A DNA stretch of 63,568 nt, filler included, from Folioceros fuciformis (Eukaryota), in NCBI GenBank assembly GCA_049999805.1. It is 6 parts of 5 records of this genome, joined end to end, with 100 filler letters (N's around TTAATTAATTAA, not from the genome) between each part and the next. Parts side by side here need not be neighbours in the genome. Positions count along the whole stretch, not along the records: positions 1 to 27,563 come from JBNGIO010006207.1; 5 more parts are not named here. One strand, 5' to 3'. Under the pieces are notes generated by a model. The model was not told where the DNA came from. It did not search any database and was given only the letters and a program-made list of their open reading frames with translations. A program made the position numbers and the translations under genes. Positions 12,154 through 24,300 of this stretch are shown here, in pieces. Positions within the stretch are counted from its first letter, which is position 1. Each line of letters starts with the position of its first letter.

Positions 12154-12349
12154 ATGGCCGGCATGGCGAAGCTCGTCCTCGTCCGCAACGTTCNNNNNNN
12201 NNNGGATCAGTGAAGTCGACGGTGGCACGCGGGTGTCCATACACAACCAGCGGGACTGCGAAGGCTACAGTAGCGTTGCACAGATTTACGGCCCAGGGTG
12301 CGTGGTGCAAGGGGCGACCAAGCTGCGGGCTGTCTGGATTCAGGGTTGA
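12154..12349 (+). CDS. Small secreted Cys protein, paralogue of 14929-15285 (middle lost in a 10-N gap)
   Basis: MAGMAKLVLV...[gap]...ISEVDGGTRVSIHNQRDCEGYSSVAQIYGPGCVVQGATKLRAVWIQG*; near-identical C-terminus to the downstream copy. Missed by the ORF track because of the gap. Confidence 0.85.
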
Positions 12350-13429
12350 ACGAAACAGTCACATGTTGCAGTTCTTCCATCCCTGTGCATGAGGTATGGC
12401 TAGTGACGTCCACGCGATCATGCATCAGAAATTACGTGTCCCTGCTTCATGCTCCAGGACCTCCGTTTTCTGATGTGCGTCCCTTTGAGTACTTCGTTTC
12501 TTGTGGTGACATATGACACTGACTGTGTTTTACCGTTTTTTGTGCAGGCACGAATCGGATGAGATGACACACTGGCCATCACGTCGAAGCCACAGCCATG
12601 ACAGCAGCAACGAGGCTAGCCACCGAGGAGATTGAAGCATATGGCATAGATGTGTAGGAAGAATTTGTATGAAAAATCAGTTGAGTGTACCTCCGATGAG
12701 AAGGAGGTCCTTCCCATGAATATGTACATACCTGCTTTCCACCGGAATCCCATGTCTCCATCTGCTCGTGCGTCTCCCTTCCCACCTCCAGAGTCAAGGC
12801 GTTCAACGTGCGAAACTGTTAGACACGGTGTAAAATCCTCCCAGAGTTATTGCACATGCCGTGACCGCTACGCAGCCTGGTTGGCAAACCACCCTAGGCC
12901 TCCCGGCTCAATTAGGCGGCGGATCGTCGATCGCCAGCACCAGCCGTCGCGGACAGCGGCTGCATGGGCTGCTCAAACAAAAGGTCACTACAGGCAAAGC
13001 TCGCAGGGAATTGGAATACATTTGTTGTAAGCACAACTTTGCCACACGTGTCACGATGGGCGGCTTGGGTCTGAGGGCCTGAGCCATATTGCTTATCTGG
13101 GCTTTGCTTCATCTTCACGCGTTTTCCACCTACCTTCTGACAAGCTTCTGCACATCAGCTTATGTTTCATATGGATGCCATCGCCTGACTAGGGTAAATA
13201 TATCAGGAGCTAGGGCCGCCGCATGGTCTCTGCTAAGTGGAGCAGTGTGAAGTCGATATCGTGCATCTCTCACTCCGGCAGTGACCCTTCCCAGGGCCAT
13301 TTGACTTGCCAATTTGTTGCTTCAAGTCTGATCGCTCAGTGAGAACATCTTGGCGTCCCGCTAGCACGTAGCAAGCCCGTACCTGCGCCAGCGTTGATCC
13401 TCTGTCGCGTTCGCGACAACGAGGCACGA

Positions 13430-13950
13430 CAGCAAGCAGAGAAGATGTGAGTAAGCACCCTGAAACAACAACGGACGTGACTTACCAAGCAAGCAGAAAA
13501 ACCTGAAACAAAAGATCACTGTGACTTCGCAAGAAAGCCGAGAAACTTCAAACACAACTTGTGACTTTAATTAATACTGTAGCAAGCAAGCACAGACACC
13601 TGAATCTCGAGTTGTGACTTTAATTAATAGCAAGCAAGGAGAAGATGTGATTCAGGATCAGAAACCTGAATCTAACAGAAGATGTGGATTTAGCAAGCAA
13701 ACAGAGAACCCTGGAACACGAGTTGTGACTTAGCAAGCAAGCAGGAGCAGCCTGGGGACGTGACTTAGGACAAACCTGAAACAAAGGATGTCACTTAGGA
13801 GAAACGTGCAACAAAAGATGATTGTCACTTAACAAGCAGGCAGGCAGCCCTGGAACACGAAATGAGCCTTAGCAGCGGGCTAGCACAGAAACCTGACATG
13901 CGACAAGGCATGGCACAGAAATCTGAAACAAAAGATGAGGACTCGGCAAG
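13430..13950. repeat. Degenerate minisatellite (~45-60-bp units)
   Basis: Recurring agcaagcaagca / aaacctgaaacaaaagat / gtgactt motifs. Confidence 0.75.
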
Positions 13951-14928
13951 TCCTGGTTGGAGTGGATTTTAAAGTCCAGCCCAACCCGGACCAGAAATAC
14001 ATCTTAAAACTCACATGGTGCATGTAGAAGTGGATATGGGAGCGAGGTGCTGAAACCCATCTGAGGACGAGCTGTGAGAAACCAATATGTGCTTATGAGG
14101 AAGCAATATGTACTTATGAGGTGGAAACCGATATCCTGCAAATCTAAAGCAGAAAATTTGTGACGCTTGAATCGGAGGAAGAAGATGTATTGATTCAAGA
14201 AGGATCACTTCCAATAGGGAATAGTCTCTTTCGTGCATTTCAGATCAATGCAAAGTGCGGGACAGAAGACTCACGGTCATACAGTGTTCATGAGGACATG
14301 GTTGGGAAGAAGCTTACAGCACCGACACTTGAACAATTGGCATGAACCAACCTGAAATCGCTCCATTAGTACGGATCTTGAAGAGTTTCTCACGGAAATG
14401 ACAGATGCCCAACCTATCCACGGCTCCAATTACCTCTGCATATAGCAATGCTGAGCACTCCGGATGCCACAGTGTAATATGCTAGGAACACACGACACTG
14501 AATACTGCTACCATTTAATTGGTATGACTTGAGCAAAGGTAATGAATTATAAGTGGGTAATTGAGTAGGAGGGTCACCCGCAGTCCTACCAACGGGCTTT
14601 AATTAATTAATTCTCATGAATCGACACAAGATGTCCGGACACAAACACAGTGTCCTGCAGATTTTCTATGTCGGTTTAAGGCTACGACTTGAATCGGCAC
14701 CGACCGTGCAAGACTCTAGTCCAATTAAATTCGCACTTTAGCGTTTGAGTATCCTAATTCAAATTTTGAACGGATTCGTTGGAGACACTTTTTAGAACAT
14801 GGTTTGCCCGCATGGATCTTCTTCACACTTTATGCGGCTTGACAAAGATTTGAATCACAATAAACCCATTCCACAGCGAAGCGACTTTACAATTTCTCAG
14901 GCACCAATCGGCTCACACTTTAGTTACC

Positions 14929-15285
14929 ATGGCCAGCATGGCCAAGCTCATCCTTGTCCTTATCGCCAGCATTCTATGTGTCTTCATATTTCAATCACAA
15001 GTGATAATTGATGCCGCGAAGGTGGAGACGTTCAAGTCGGCCACATGTGACGAATCTCCGGCCTACACTTTCCATGTGCGGGAGAATACCTGCCAAACGT
15101 TTATTGACCAGGGTGCTGTGCGGATCACCGAGATAGACTGCGACACTCGTATCTCCATACACAACCAACTAGACTGTGCGGACTATAGCAGTGTTGCACA
15201 GATTTACGGACCAGGGTGTGTGGTGCAAGGGGCAACTAAGCTACGAGCTGTATGGATTCAAGGTTGGACATCCAACGATGAATGA
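14929..15285 (+). CDS. Secreted cysteine-containing protein, MiAMP1 (beta-barrelin)-like antimicrobial candidate, 118 aa
   Basis: Hydrophobic signal peptide, intronless, conserved paralogue nearby. HNQLDC and RAVWIQ resemble MiAMP1 YNQAGC and KSIFIQ; family call is by eye. Confidence 0.75.
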   Translation: MASMAKLILVLIASILCVFIFQSQVIIDAAKVETFKSATCDESPAYTFHVRENTCQTFIDQGAVRITEIDCDTRISIHNQLDCADYSSVAQIYGPGCVVQGATKLRAVWIQGWTSNDE

Positions 15286-17027
15286 TGGTGTTCATGATCA
15301 AACATGAGATGTACCCACTTGTAACACTTCTATCATCTAGAATTAAGTATATACTTCTGCAAGGTTCTTCAGTGTAGAAGGAGACATGGTTTGTTGCAGT
15401 GGTGTGGTTCTATGGCCGATGCTGCATATTCTAAAAGCTGAGTGCCATATTATTTTACACATGTATGAGTTGGATGTTAATGTACTAGCATCACATGAGT
15501 TGAGTAGAGGTGGAGATGCCAACTATATCATGTACAATGTCATCCTATGAGTTGAGTAGAGATGGGGATACCACCTACATCATGAATTTAGCTCAAATGT
15601 ATAGGGATATGTGCTTATGTGACAATCAAACAAGTATACTATCAGAAGAACAATTTTCCAGAGGAATAACATAGCATCACATAAAATACAACTTCATGAT
15701 ACTAATACTAAGGAGATGGCAAATGATAGTCTCACCAAGGTTTTTCCTAAACCTATCATTGATTCAAATTTCATCAAGGTTTTTCCTAAACCTAGTATCA
15801 TTCATTGCACTCTCACCAAGGTTTGCCGAACCTACCACTAATGAAATTTCATCTTAATCATATTGGTATGCCTCTAATAATAGGAACACATTGAAGACTC
15901 CTGGTGGGTCTCTAGTAAGTAGATTATACTAAAGACTAAGATATGGGAGTAGATCATAGGGAATATTTTATTGAAAGAAGAGAGATATTATAATTTTTTT
16001 TAGTAGGTTATATTCTCTCACTAACTTTTGTGATTAGTTCTCTCACCATTTTGGTTGTACATGATTGGTAACACATATATAATTTGATTTAAAATATGTC
16101 ACTTATATATAATGCATAGTTCACTGATTATCTTAGCATACTAACACATAAGATAAGAATAAATATTCATTATAGAAATATTAAAAATTAAAAATTAAAA
16201 AAAAACGTATTTAATTTGGAAAAAAATAGAAATTTTATCTACCCCAACAGGCTTAAGGATCAACTTTAAATAGAATAAAAATAAAATAAAAATATTTTAA
16301 ATATAATCATAATCTAAAACATCACAACCGATTTTTTTTCCCATTCATGATATGCTTTGAGCAAATACTTGGAGCTCAGACGTTGCCCCATCGATTCAAA
16401 TTCGTTCAGTGCCTGCCTAGGCTTGAACGACGAGGCCATGTCCGTTCTGTGTCGTGTTGCTGCTTTCGGTAGTCTTGACCAATGCGGCACACATTGAGGA
16501 CGTTTGCTTCGTCCACCTACGATTGGAACGGCTTGCACAGATCTACGGAAGATGTGTGCACAACTCGAAGAATTAGTTGGTTAGCGAGGCTGATGTTGGT
16601 GAATGGAGAATCTGATCATCTTCTGCATCACGACAATCAACTAAGGTTGAGTTGAATCAGGTGCTCAGCATTGCACAGTCTAGTACCAGTGTCATGTATG
16701 TACGCACATAGGTTTGAAGGTTGAATCTTCGACTGCCAGTCGTCTACTATTATCAGAGTCTGGCAAGTCTGGGCTCAGTCAGGTTTTGCATCCGAGATGC
16801 TGAACTCTGAAGTCCTGCTGACTGATCAATGACACAGAGTTGTCCCTTACTAAAGGAATAACTCCTTACAAATCTTGAGGCTCCCAGCCTGCAATCCATC
16901 GTTCTGAGAATCCTCATGACGTCCGATTGTTGAAAACGATGTACACCTACTCAGGTCGGCTTACAACCTCTTCTCCTCCTCGCTACACAGCCGCGTCCCA
17001 TCTCCTCGTCCATCACAACTATAGGAC

Positions 17028-18647
17028 TCAGTATCTCTGCGCCTTTCGCTTTCTCCTTGTACGGTATGGGATGGTGTCGTCAGGTGGGACAGATTGCGCC
17101 TGGGCATCCACCAGACGAGGGGAAGACCTCGTCCGGGTAACTGGCACCGACTGAACGCCCTCAGTGTCTCCCACCCACGTTCGTGCCGAAAGAGGGGCAA
17201 AGTTCGTCTGGGCAGCCACCCTGGGAATTCCGTTAGCGAACTCCAACCTGGGCCTAAAACTCCCGATGCACACGCACTGTGCGGCCTTATCCTCACCCTG
17301 AGCTGCCAAGTAGTCGTCGGGAGGATAGGGAAGTTGCGAACATCTCATCGAATCCTCGAACCCTATTTCCCCGTAGTTATTCTTCCTGCTAATCACGTAA
17401 TCCCCGTCCCCGGCGGAGGTGATCTCAACGTCCCGCCCCGATCCTGACGCATAGCAAGGCCGGCTGAAGTACATCGTTGCGCTCCGAACCTTCGAACCCC
17501 CTTCCTTCCGATCCAGTGCCCACTTCCTCGTGATGTTGTCCAACTTCAGCCTCCCAAATCTGCTCACCTTCCACTTCCCCTTCTTGTCTACCTGGCCTGT
17601 GTACAATTCGTCCTCCGTCCACCCCGCCCAGATCATTAGCCTCTGGCTGTCGTAGTCGAACAGCAACTGGAACGTCTCCCATACCGCCTTGCCCACATCG
17701 GGGTCGTCTCGCCATCCCATGGACCCAATATGCTCCGTGAACACCCTCTCCTCCCAGCAATACGCCCACACCTGCACGATCCCCCTCTGCTGCCCAGACG
17801 GCGGGGTGACGATGGCGATGTACACCGTCTTCCCCTTCACGCAGCTGGAGATGCATTGGCCCACGTTGCTGCCTGCCGGTGCACTGGAAGGGGCTGGGAG
17901 TTCCATTCTCCTGCCGGCCGTGGTCATCTCCGGTCCCCGCACCCAATCCTTGATGCTGGTGAAGTACGTGGTAGCCCTAATTGTCACCGCCCCGGTGTGC
18001 ATATTCTCCACAGCCCCGAACTCCACAATGTAGAAGTCGGAGGAACCTGGCACGGCGAGCAAGTGCGCGAACACGTGCTCCCGGGGGCTGGGCGACTGCA
18101 GCTCGGGGTGGCACAGAATCTCCTGCCAGCCCGTGCTGGAACTGGGATTTAGCGCCAGCGCGGGACTTCTGGAATTTCTGGCATAGCCAGGTTCGCCCAC
18201 CAGGTAACAAGACAGGAGCCTGGCCGCACGGCGGAAGTAGAGGCCCACCATGTAGGAGGCCGGAGTGAGCGGCCGGATCCAGACGATTGCAGACTCCACT
18301 CTGTCCACGGGCACCCGGTACCATACCGCACCGGGATTGGAGGGGTCCAGAACCCACAACCTTGTGGGGTCTTTGGGGCACATCGTCTTCCACCGCTCCG
18401 CCATGCCGGGCTGCACCAATACGAAGCACCATGGCCGCATCACAAGCTCGTTCTCGCCCGAGCGAGACTCAGAGTGGGATCCACTTGTGTCCCCATTTAG
18501 AGGAGGCGGGTCCTTCCGATTCAGACCAGGAGGATCCTTCCACTTCAGCTTCTCGCCCAGCGCTCTCTCTACAAACAGGATCAACTCACTGGTGGATACG
18601 TCTGCCGGGGCCATGTCCCCATCGCTGGATGTCTCCGTCTTGGCCAT
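17028..18647 (-). CDS. Intronless ~539-aa protein, possibly F-box-associated/kelch-like beta-propeller
   Basis: Long GC-rich ORF, first ATG 18647. PWCFVL, WVLDPS..W, ALNPSS..WQEI and FYIVEFG recall plant F-box/kelch substrate-binding repeats; no clear F-box. Confidence 0.55.
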   Translation of the reverse strand: MAKTETSSDGDMAPADVSTSELILFVERALGEKLKWKDPPGLNRKDPPPLNGDTSGSHSESRSGENELVMRPWCFVLVQPGMAERWKTMCPKDPTRLWVLDPSNPGAVWYRVPVDRVESAIVWIRPLTPASYMVGLYFRRAARLLSCYLVGEPGYARNSRSPALALNPSSSTGWQEILCHPELQSPSPREHVFAHLLAVPGSSDFYIVEFGAVENMHTGAVTIRATTYFTSIKDWVRGPEMTTAGRRMELPAPSSAPAGSNVGQCISSCVKGKTVYIAIVTPPSGQQRGIVQVWAYCWEERVFTEHIGSMGWRDDPDVGKAVWETFQLLFDYDSQRLMIWAGWTEDELYTGQVDKKGKWKVSRFGRLKLDNITRKWALDRKEGGSKVRSATMYFSRPCYASGSGRDVEITSAGDGDYVISRKNNYGEIGFEDSMRCSQLPYPPDDYLAAQGEDKAAQCVCIGSFRPRLEFANGIPRVAAQTNFAPLSARTWVGDTEGVQSVPVTRTRSSPRLVDAQAQSVPPDDTIPYRTRRKRKAQRY

Positions 18648-19419
18648 ATCGACCTGCCTACATTGGCAGTCTACGGGCAGCGCTCGACGCAATCCCCTCT
18701 TCGAATCGCAGCCGATTTCTTCACTCTGTTCAAACTTGAACAACAACAAACGCTTTCTACGGTTGTCGCGCGCGGAGTTATCTCCCAACCGGGTGGCCGC
18801 GAATTTCTTCAAGCTGATCAAACTTGAAGTAACGACCAATTTGCATTGTAAAACGATTTAAATAAAGGAAGACTGGAATGAACGGAGACAGGAATGAAAG
18901 AAGGCAGGACTGAAAGAAGGAGACACGAATAAAGAAAGAAGACAAGGAACTTTAGAGCACCAGCACGCATAATGATGTCTTTTGAGCTAGGGCATTGAAT
19001 GATCAAACAAAGCTTAGAAGAAGAGGAATGAACCCTAGGGTTTGTAGAGTTACATATGTAAAATTAGATTTATTTTTATTTATTTTAAAAAATAAGATAG
19101 GAAAATCTATCTACCCTTGAAGAAGAGAAAAATAATTATTGGGACATTAGGGACTAATTCCTTGAAGCCTAATGGCATGCCTACAGCATCTACCTACCAT
19201 TGGAGTTGCGGACACAACCTTTTCTATCAATGTTTTTGTCATGTATATAGCATTATCCAACTCTTGTATATGGCATTATCCAACTCTGGTATATGGCATT
19301 ATCCAACTCTTGTTGTAGAGCAATGGAAACCCTCTGCCAAGAGATAGCTATGACAATACACAAAGGAGGGCATAAAACCCTTTGCCAAGAGAACGTTGTA
19401 ACGATAGACAAAGGAGGGA

Positions 19420-19890
19420 AGACCAAGTCCATTTTTCCTGCTATGAACTGCCTTTGCTCAAGTCTTCAAAAACTTGGAAAATGCCTTTGCATTTGGTCCC
19501 GTGGGTCTCAATAGCAAGGTAAATAAAGGTACATCTAGCCTATAGAATGCTACAATACATGAAAGAGAAGACCAAGCCCATTCTTCTTCCTATAAACCAC
19601 CTTGGCTCAAGTCCTCAAAAACTTGGGAAATGCCTTGCACATAGCCCCCCGGGTCTCCATAGCAAGGAGGATATCAAAGTATCTAGCCTAGAGGGTATGC
19701 TTGTGAATCTTAGTTGATGTGCTCCCCTCTGCCTTCTAACTCAAGGCTCAAGTCTTCAAAAACTTGGGAAATTCTTTGCACATGGCCCCTTGGGTGTCAA
19801 TAGCAAGTGGGATATCGAAGTATCTAGCCTATGCAGGGTGTACTTGTGAATCTTAGCTTATGCGCTCTGCTCTGCCTTCTAACTTAAGGA
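19420..19890. repeat. Tandem repeat, ~145-bp unit x3
   Basis: ctcaagtcytcaaaacttgg...atagcaag...tctagccta recurring near 19457, 19606, 19748. Confidence 0.8.
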
Positions 19891-20170
19891 GTTGAGAACA
19901 ACGTGCTCACAGATCGAGACTCGTGTGGGGTCAGTTAGTTACTACAACATAAACAAAAGAAACCTACTATTCTCCCTAAATGAGGAAAAGTTCTATAAAA
20001 TTAGACAGCAAAATGAAGACCTTTTTTGAAACATAGACCCTAAGCACATACTTTCAGTCATAAGAAAGTCAGATTTTTCACATAAGGAAGTGCCTCCTAC
20101 ACCCAATCCATGGGTTGTCTTTCGTACTAACTTTAATTCCCACCTTTGGGGGTGAGCTTTCCCTTCACCA

Positions 20171-20385
20171 AGACACCATTTGAACCCATTATTCTTAACC
20201 CTTCAAGGTGGGTAGATACCATTTGATCCCATTATTCTTAACTCTTCAAGGTGGGCAAACACAATTTAAACCCATTCTTTTTAATTCTTCAAGATGAGTA
20301 GACACCATTTGAACCCATTATGCTTCATCCTTGCAGGTGAGTAGAAACCATTTAAACCCATCATTCTTAACCCTTCAAGATGGGC
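20171..20385. repeat. Minisatellite, 43-bp unit x5
   Basis: agacaccatttgaacccattattcttaacccttcaaggtgggt with variants; head to tail, no spacers. Confidence 0.92.
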
Positions 20386-21859
20386 AACATAGGGTCGCAC
20401 AACAGCTAAGGTCCATAAATACTCTCCTACTTAAGATGACCACACATTCATCCCCTTGCTATCAAGACTCATGTGTCCATGGACAATAGTTTCACCAAGA
20501 TTGTTAAGGCATGCTCCAAGGCCTTTCACACCCACGAGATTGGGGCTAGTCTCCCTCTTTCTTTCTTACATAATTACTTTCTTGCGGGAATGAATATCCA
20601 TCTTATTATAGAGGGTGTCAGTTGATTCGAAGTATAGGATGTTAATGAGTTCGACAAGAGCTAGTTCCTCTTATGTTAGTGAGTTCGTCGAGGGCTAGTC
20701 CCTCTGGTTTCATTGTTGTAAAAGCTAGGTCTCCAATTCGTGATCATGGGGGCAATGATTGTAGCGAGTAAGGGTTTTGGAGCCCTTTACTTTCTAGGTT
20801 GTTCTTCTTTAAGGGGTGGATATATTTTCATCTCTTCTCTAATAATGAAGTCTCTAGGTGTACAATAGAAGAAATAATTGGTGTGTGGCTCCATTCATTC
20901 TAAATCTTAAGGGCTTTAATTTGTCTTCTTAACTACTACTTACTTACTTTATCAAGCTGGACTTTATTGTTAAACTCTAAGCTTTATTTGGAACCACTAA
21001 GCTCAAGATATTAGTTTTGTCCAAGGATAACTTTTGAGTCCCATTTTTTCTTTTTTTTATGTACCTAATAATTATTAATTAATTAATTAATTATCAAATC
21101 ATGCAAGAAGACTACATTAGAAGCTCTCTAAGTTAATACAAATCTAGATAATCATCTATGTTGTGCTCAGAAAATGTTTTTGTATGTGGTTCTATCTAAC
21201 TTATTTAAAATAGCTTCTTTTTTAGAATGAAAGTTACATAAATACTTCTCAAGCATGGTTCAAATTTGCTTTATTAAAACTTGCCTAAAGAGAGCTTGTT
21301 GTTGTTACAAGAAAGATTGAGTTATTTCAATATATTATTATTCAAATTAACTTTATTCGAACCCACTAAACATGTCATGCTCTTCATGTCATGCTCTTCA
21401 TATAAGAAGGTTCGAGTTAGGGCCAGTTTCCATGAGCCTAGCCTTGGGCCGGTTTTGACCAAACGACAGGAACTTGACGGACTAGGCGGTTTGTTGTTTT
21501 GGTATGTGGACCTGGTTGATAAACAGGTCTATATTTAGAAATGAGAAGGATTTTATCGTTTTGCTATGTGGACCTGGTTGATCTACAGGTCTATATTTTG
21601 GAAATAAGAAGGATTTTATCGACCCAAGATGACCGGCCATCGTGGCACGTATGTAAAAATATATGTATTATATAGTTTGAATCCATATTCTCTATATATG
21701 TGTATTCATCTTCTTCTTGCACTCATATCCGTGCCCGTGCGATATTGCTCTGTTCATCTGTGCACCCGTGCTTATGTGCGATTGCCGATGTTGATGTGCG
21801 TCTTTTGTCATCGTGACTAGATTCCCCAAGGTGATGGATGGACTTAGAGGTTGCACTTG

Positions 21860-22250
21860 CTATTATGGCAATAAGCGCTGGAGTCATAGATGTCACTCAT
21901 TTTAGTATTGAGAAAAACGGTTTCTTGATGTGGTTACAGGGTGGCTAGGCAAGGCTAATGATACTAGAATCTTGGTGAATTCAGGGTTCTATAGAGCTGC
22001 AGTTGAAGGAACGCCATTACATGGCCCTAAGAAAAGGGTATTAGGATATGAGGTAGGAGAATACATATTGGGAGACGCTAGGTATCCTCTCTTGCCATGG
22101 CTACTTGTGACCATACCTGGATCAGGTCTGTCTACTGTAGATGACAATTATAATTACAAACACTCTTCTACTCGCATGGTGGTTGAGCGAGATTTCGGAA
22201 ATCTAAAGGGTCAGTTTCGCATTTTGGCAAGGAAAACATCCCTCCCCAAG
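21860..22250 (+). pseudogene. Harbinger (HARBI1/DDE_Tnp_4-type) transposase fragment
   Basis: GVIDVTH, GWLGKANDTRIL, YILGDARYPLLPWLL, YNYKHSSTRMVVERDFGNLKGQFRIL; internally deleted. Confidence 0.9.
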
Positions 22251-22269
22251 TCAAGCAATGTGTTGAAAT

Positions 22270-23560
22270 AAAGAATCACCGAGGAACCTTCAATCCGATG
22301 ACAGACTACACTGAACCTAGCCTCCTTTGAAAACTTACTTGCGTAATCTTCACCCACACCCAAACCCTCTTGAATAACACTCATGGCCCTCCTCCTGACT
22401 GTCTCCCACAGCAAGGCTATTTAGACACCATCTACGGCTTCTAGCTGTAGTGACCGAGTAGGTAACGCATGCATCTCCTCCCCTTTCGACATCTAGTAGT
22501 AGAAGGAGTTCTCCACCTTCTTCCGCATGATTACACAGATTTTCACCTGTGTGATGGTTGTGTCAGCAAGCCTCGAGAAGATATCTTGGATTCGGCATGC
22601 CCATTGTTGCGTTGCCAAGTTCGCTCTCCAAGGCTTTTTTTGGACACCTTCAAACCCTGGTAGGGGTTCAGACCGGGTCTTCTCTGAACTGACGCTCTTG
22701 TCTTCTAGACCTGAGCGGAGCGGACAATCTAGCTTAAGGTGATTAGTTATGCCACAGATTTCATACCTTCCAGGAAGACCTAGGTAGTCAAAGATCTGTG
22801 TATACCTCTTTGAGGAGTCTACCGGATCTCAACCCACCACCCCAGTGGGCAAGGAAGTGAGGTTGTCAACTCTTACACCGAATCGAGGAGGCTTGCTTGT
22901 GTCGAAAAAACGGGTGTCCACCTGTGGGACCTCAACCACCCGTCCGATTGTTTCCAGCATCCTGTTGATCAGTGGAATAAGCTACACCGGTAAGACGGGC
23001 AGCCACACCCAAACAAAGTGCCTCTTGATTTGAGATTGCATGATTGTGCTTCCAGGAGACCACACCTCGACCATCACCAGGGTTGAGCCTCTGAAGGGCA
23101 GTGTTTGTTTGCAGGAGTGCAAGGGCCCCAGTAGCTTCATCGCATTTAACCTGAAAGGAACCATACTCTTTCAAGAAGACATAAGTGGGGGGACACCTTG
23201 TGACCTGAGTTACCGACTCCCCCAACTCACCTACAGAAAGCGGCCCTCTGGCAAAAAGCTGCCCCACCACAGAGCTACTCGACAACCTAGTCTCCTCTTG
23301 TTGAAAGAAGCATTCCTTGGTAAGGATGTTCGCCAAAGGACCAAGTTGGATGCCGGCCTCCTCATTCGTCGGGGCAGAGACAAATTCTGTACTTGTGCCC
23401 TCATTTGACCTCCCATAAGCGGTATCATTCTCGAGAATCCGTACCTGAGCCTCCTTCTCAAGCACTGCTTTCTTCCGCCTAAGCTCATCCTGATTAGTCG
23501 CTTGCACTCCCCCATTAGGCTTCTGTCCATTCTGCACATTTGAGCACATACTAGCCACTT
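22270..23560 (-). pseudogene. L1-type LINE ORF1 fragment (DUF4283-like plus zinc knuckle) inside the Harbinger element
   Basis: VVGQLFARGPLSV, FVWVWLPVLP, IGRVVEV, RFGVRVD..LP and IFDYLGLPGRYEICGITNHLKLDCP (degenerate CCHC); frameshifted. Confidence 0.75.
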
Positions 23561-23906
23561 CGGCCCATGTGTGGACTGTCGAGCTCCCCGTGGGGGGCTC
23601 ATTGCTTGCATCGTATCGTCACGCCTCTATCTGCCCCTCCATTCTGCCCGCACTCCTTGCTCCCGAAGAGTCTCCTGGTAGACGATGTTTGATGATGTTC
23701 TGGATGACAATGTTTAATTTTGAACCAAATGTCTAAAACTTTGAATGTTGTTGAGTCCAAAACTACTTGTTAACCGTGAACGTAAGTCATACCATTGTGT
23801 TTGCCTCAACACACTCTACAAGACTACATGATGGTATTGGTTTTTAGACAATCTGACACGAAGTCATACATCAACTTTAATCACTTGCAGAATGGGGTCT
23901 TTGTTT

Positions 23907-24300
23907 CTATTGGAGTATTGCTTGCCCAAGCATTAGAATTCCATGACCAATACCTACAAGAGCAGTGATATATTCAATTCCCATTTCCCTTGATGTGTCC
24001 AACTTTCGTTTCTCTTTGTCCTGGAATAAAGCCAACTTCTTTCTCTCAAACTCTAATGTCTTCATATGCTTGGTAAGTTTCCCTCGTTCGGCCTCTACCA
24101 TACTTGCAAGTAGTAGGCTGTTGTTTGTCTCCAATTGTGTAAGAATACCTTGGGTGCCAGAGCTCGAACGTGCTTTCTTTCGCCTCATTCCCCGAGATCT
24201 TGAAGGGGAGCTAGCCTCTTGGGAAGTTGAAGAGGACGAACACTCTCTAGCTCTTCGTTCTCAAGTAGGAGTGTCTGGACTTGATGTTGTAGCTTGCTCA
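23907..24300 (-). pseudogene. C-terminal fragment of probable Harbinger second (Myb/SANT-partner) ORF
   Basis: Ser-rich linker, basic RRKKAR, then coiled-coil; convergent with the transposase. Myb domain itself not seen. Confidence 0.5.

Noticed and set aside
15490-15835. Short local repeats (tgagttgagtagag x2; caaggtttttcctaaaccta x2-3)
   Set aside because: Low-copy degenerate repeats with no further structure.
20171-20385. Regular 43-bp array as possible CRISPR
   Set aside because: Units are contiguous with no unique spacers; no cas genes; eukaryotic context.
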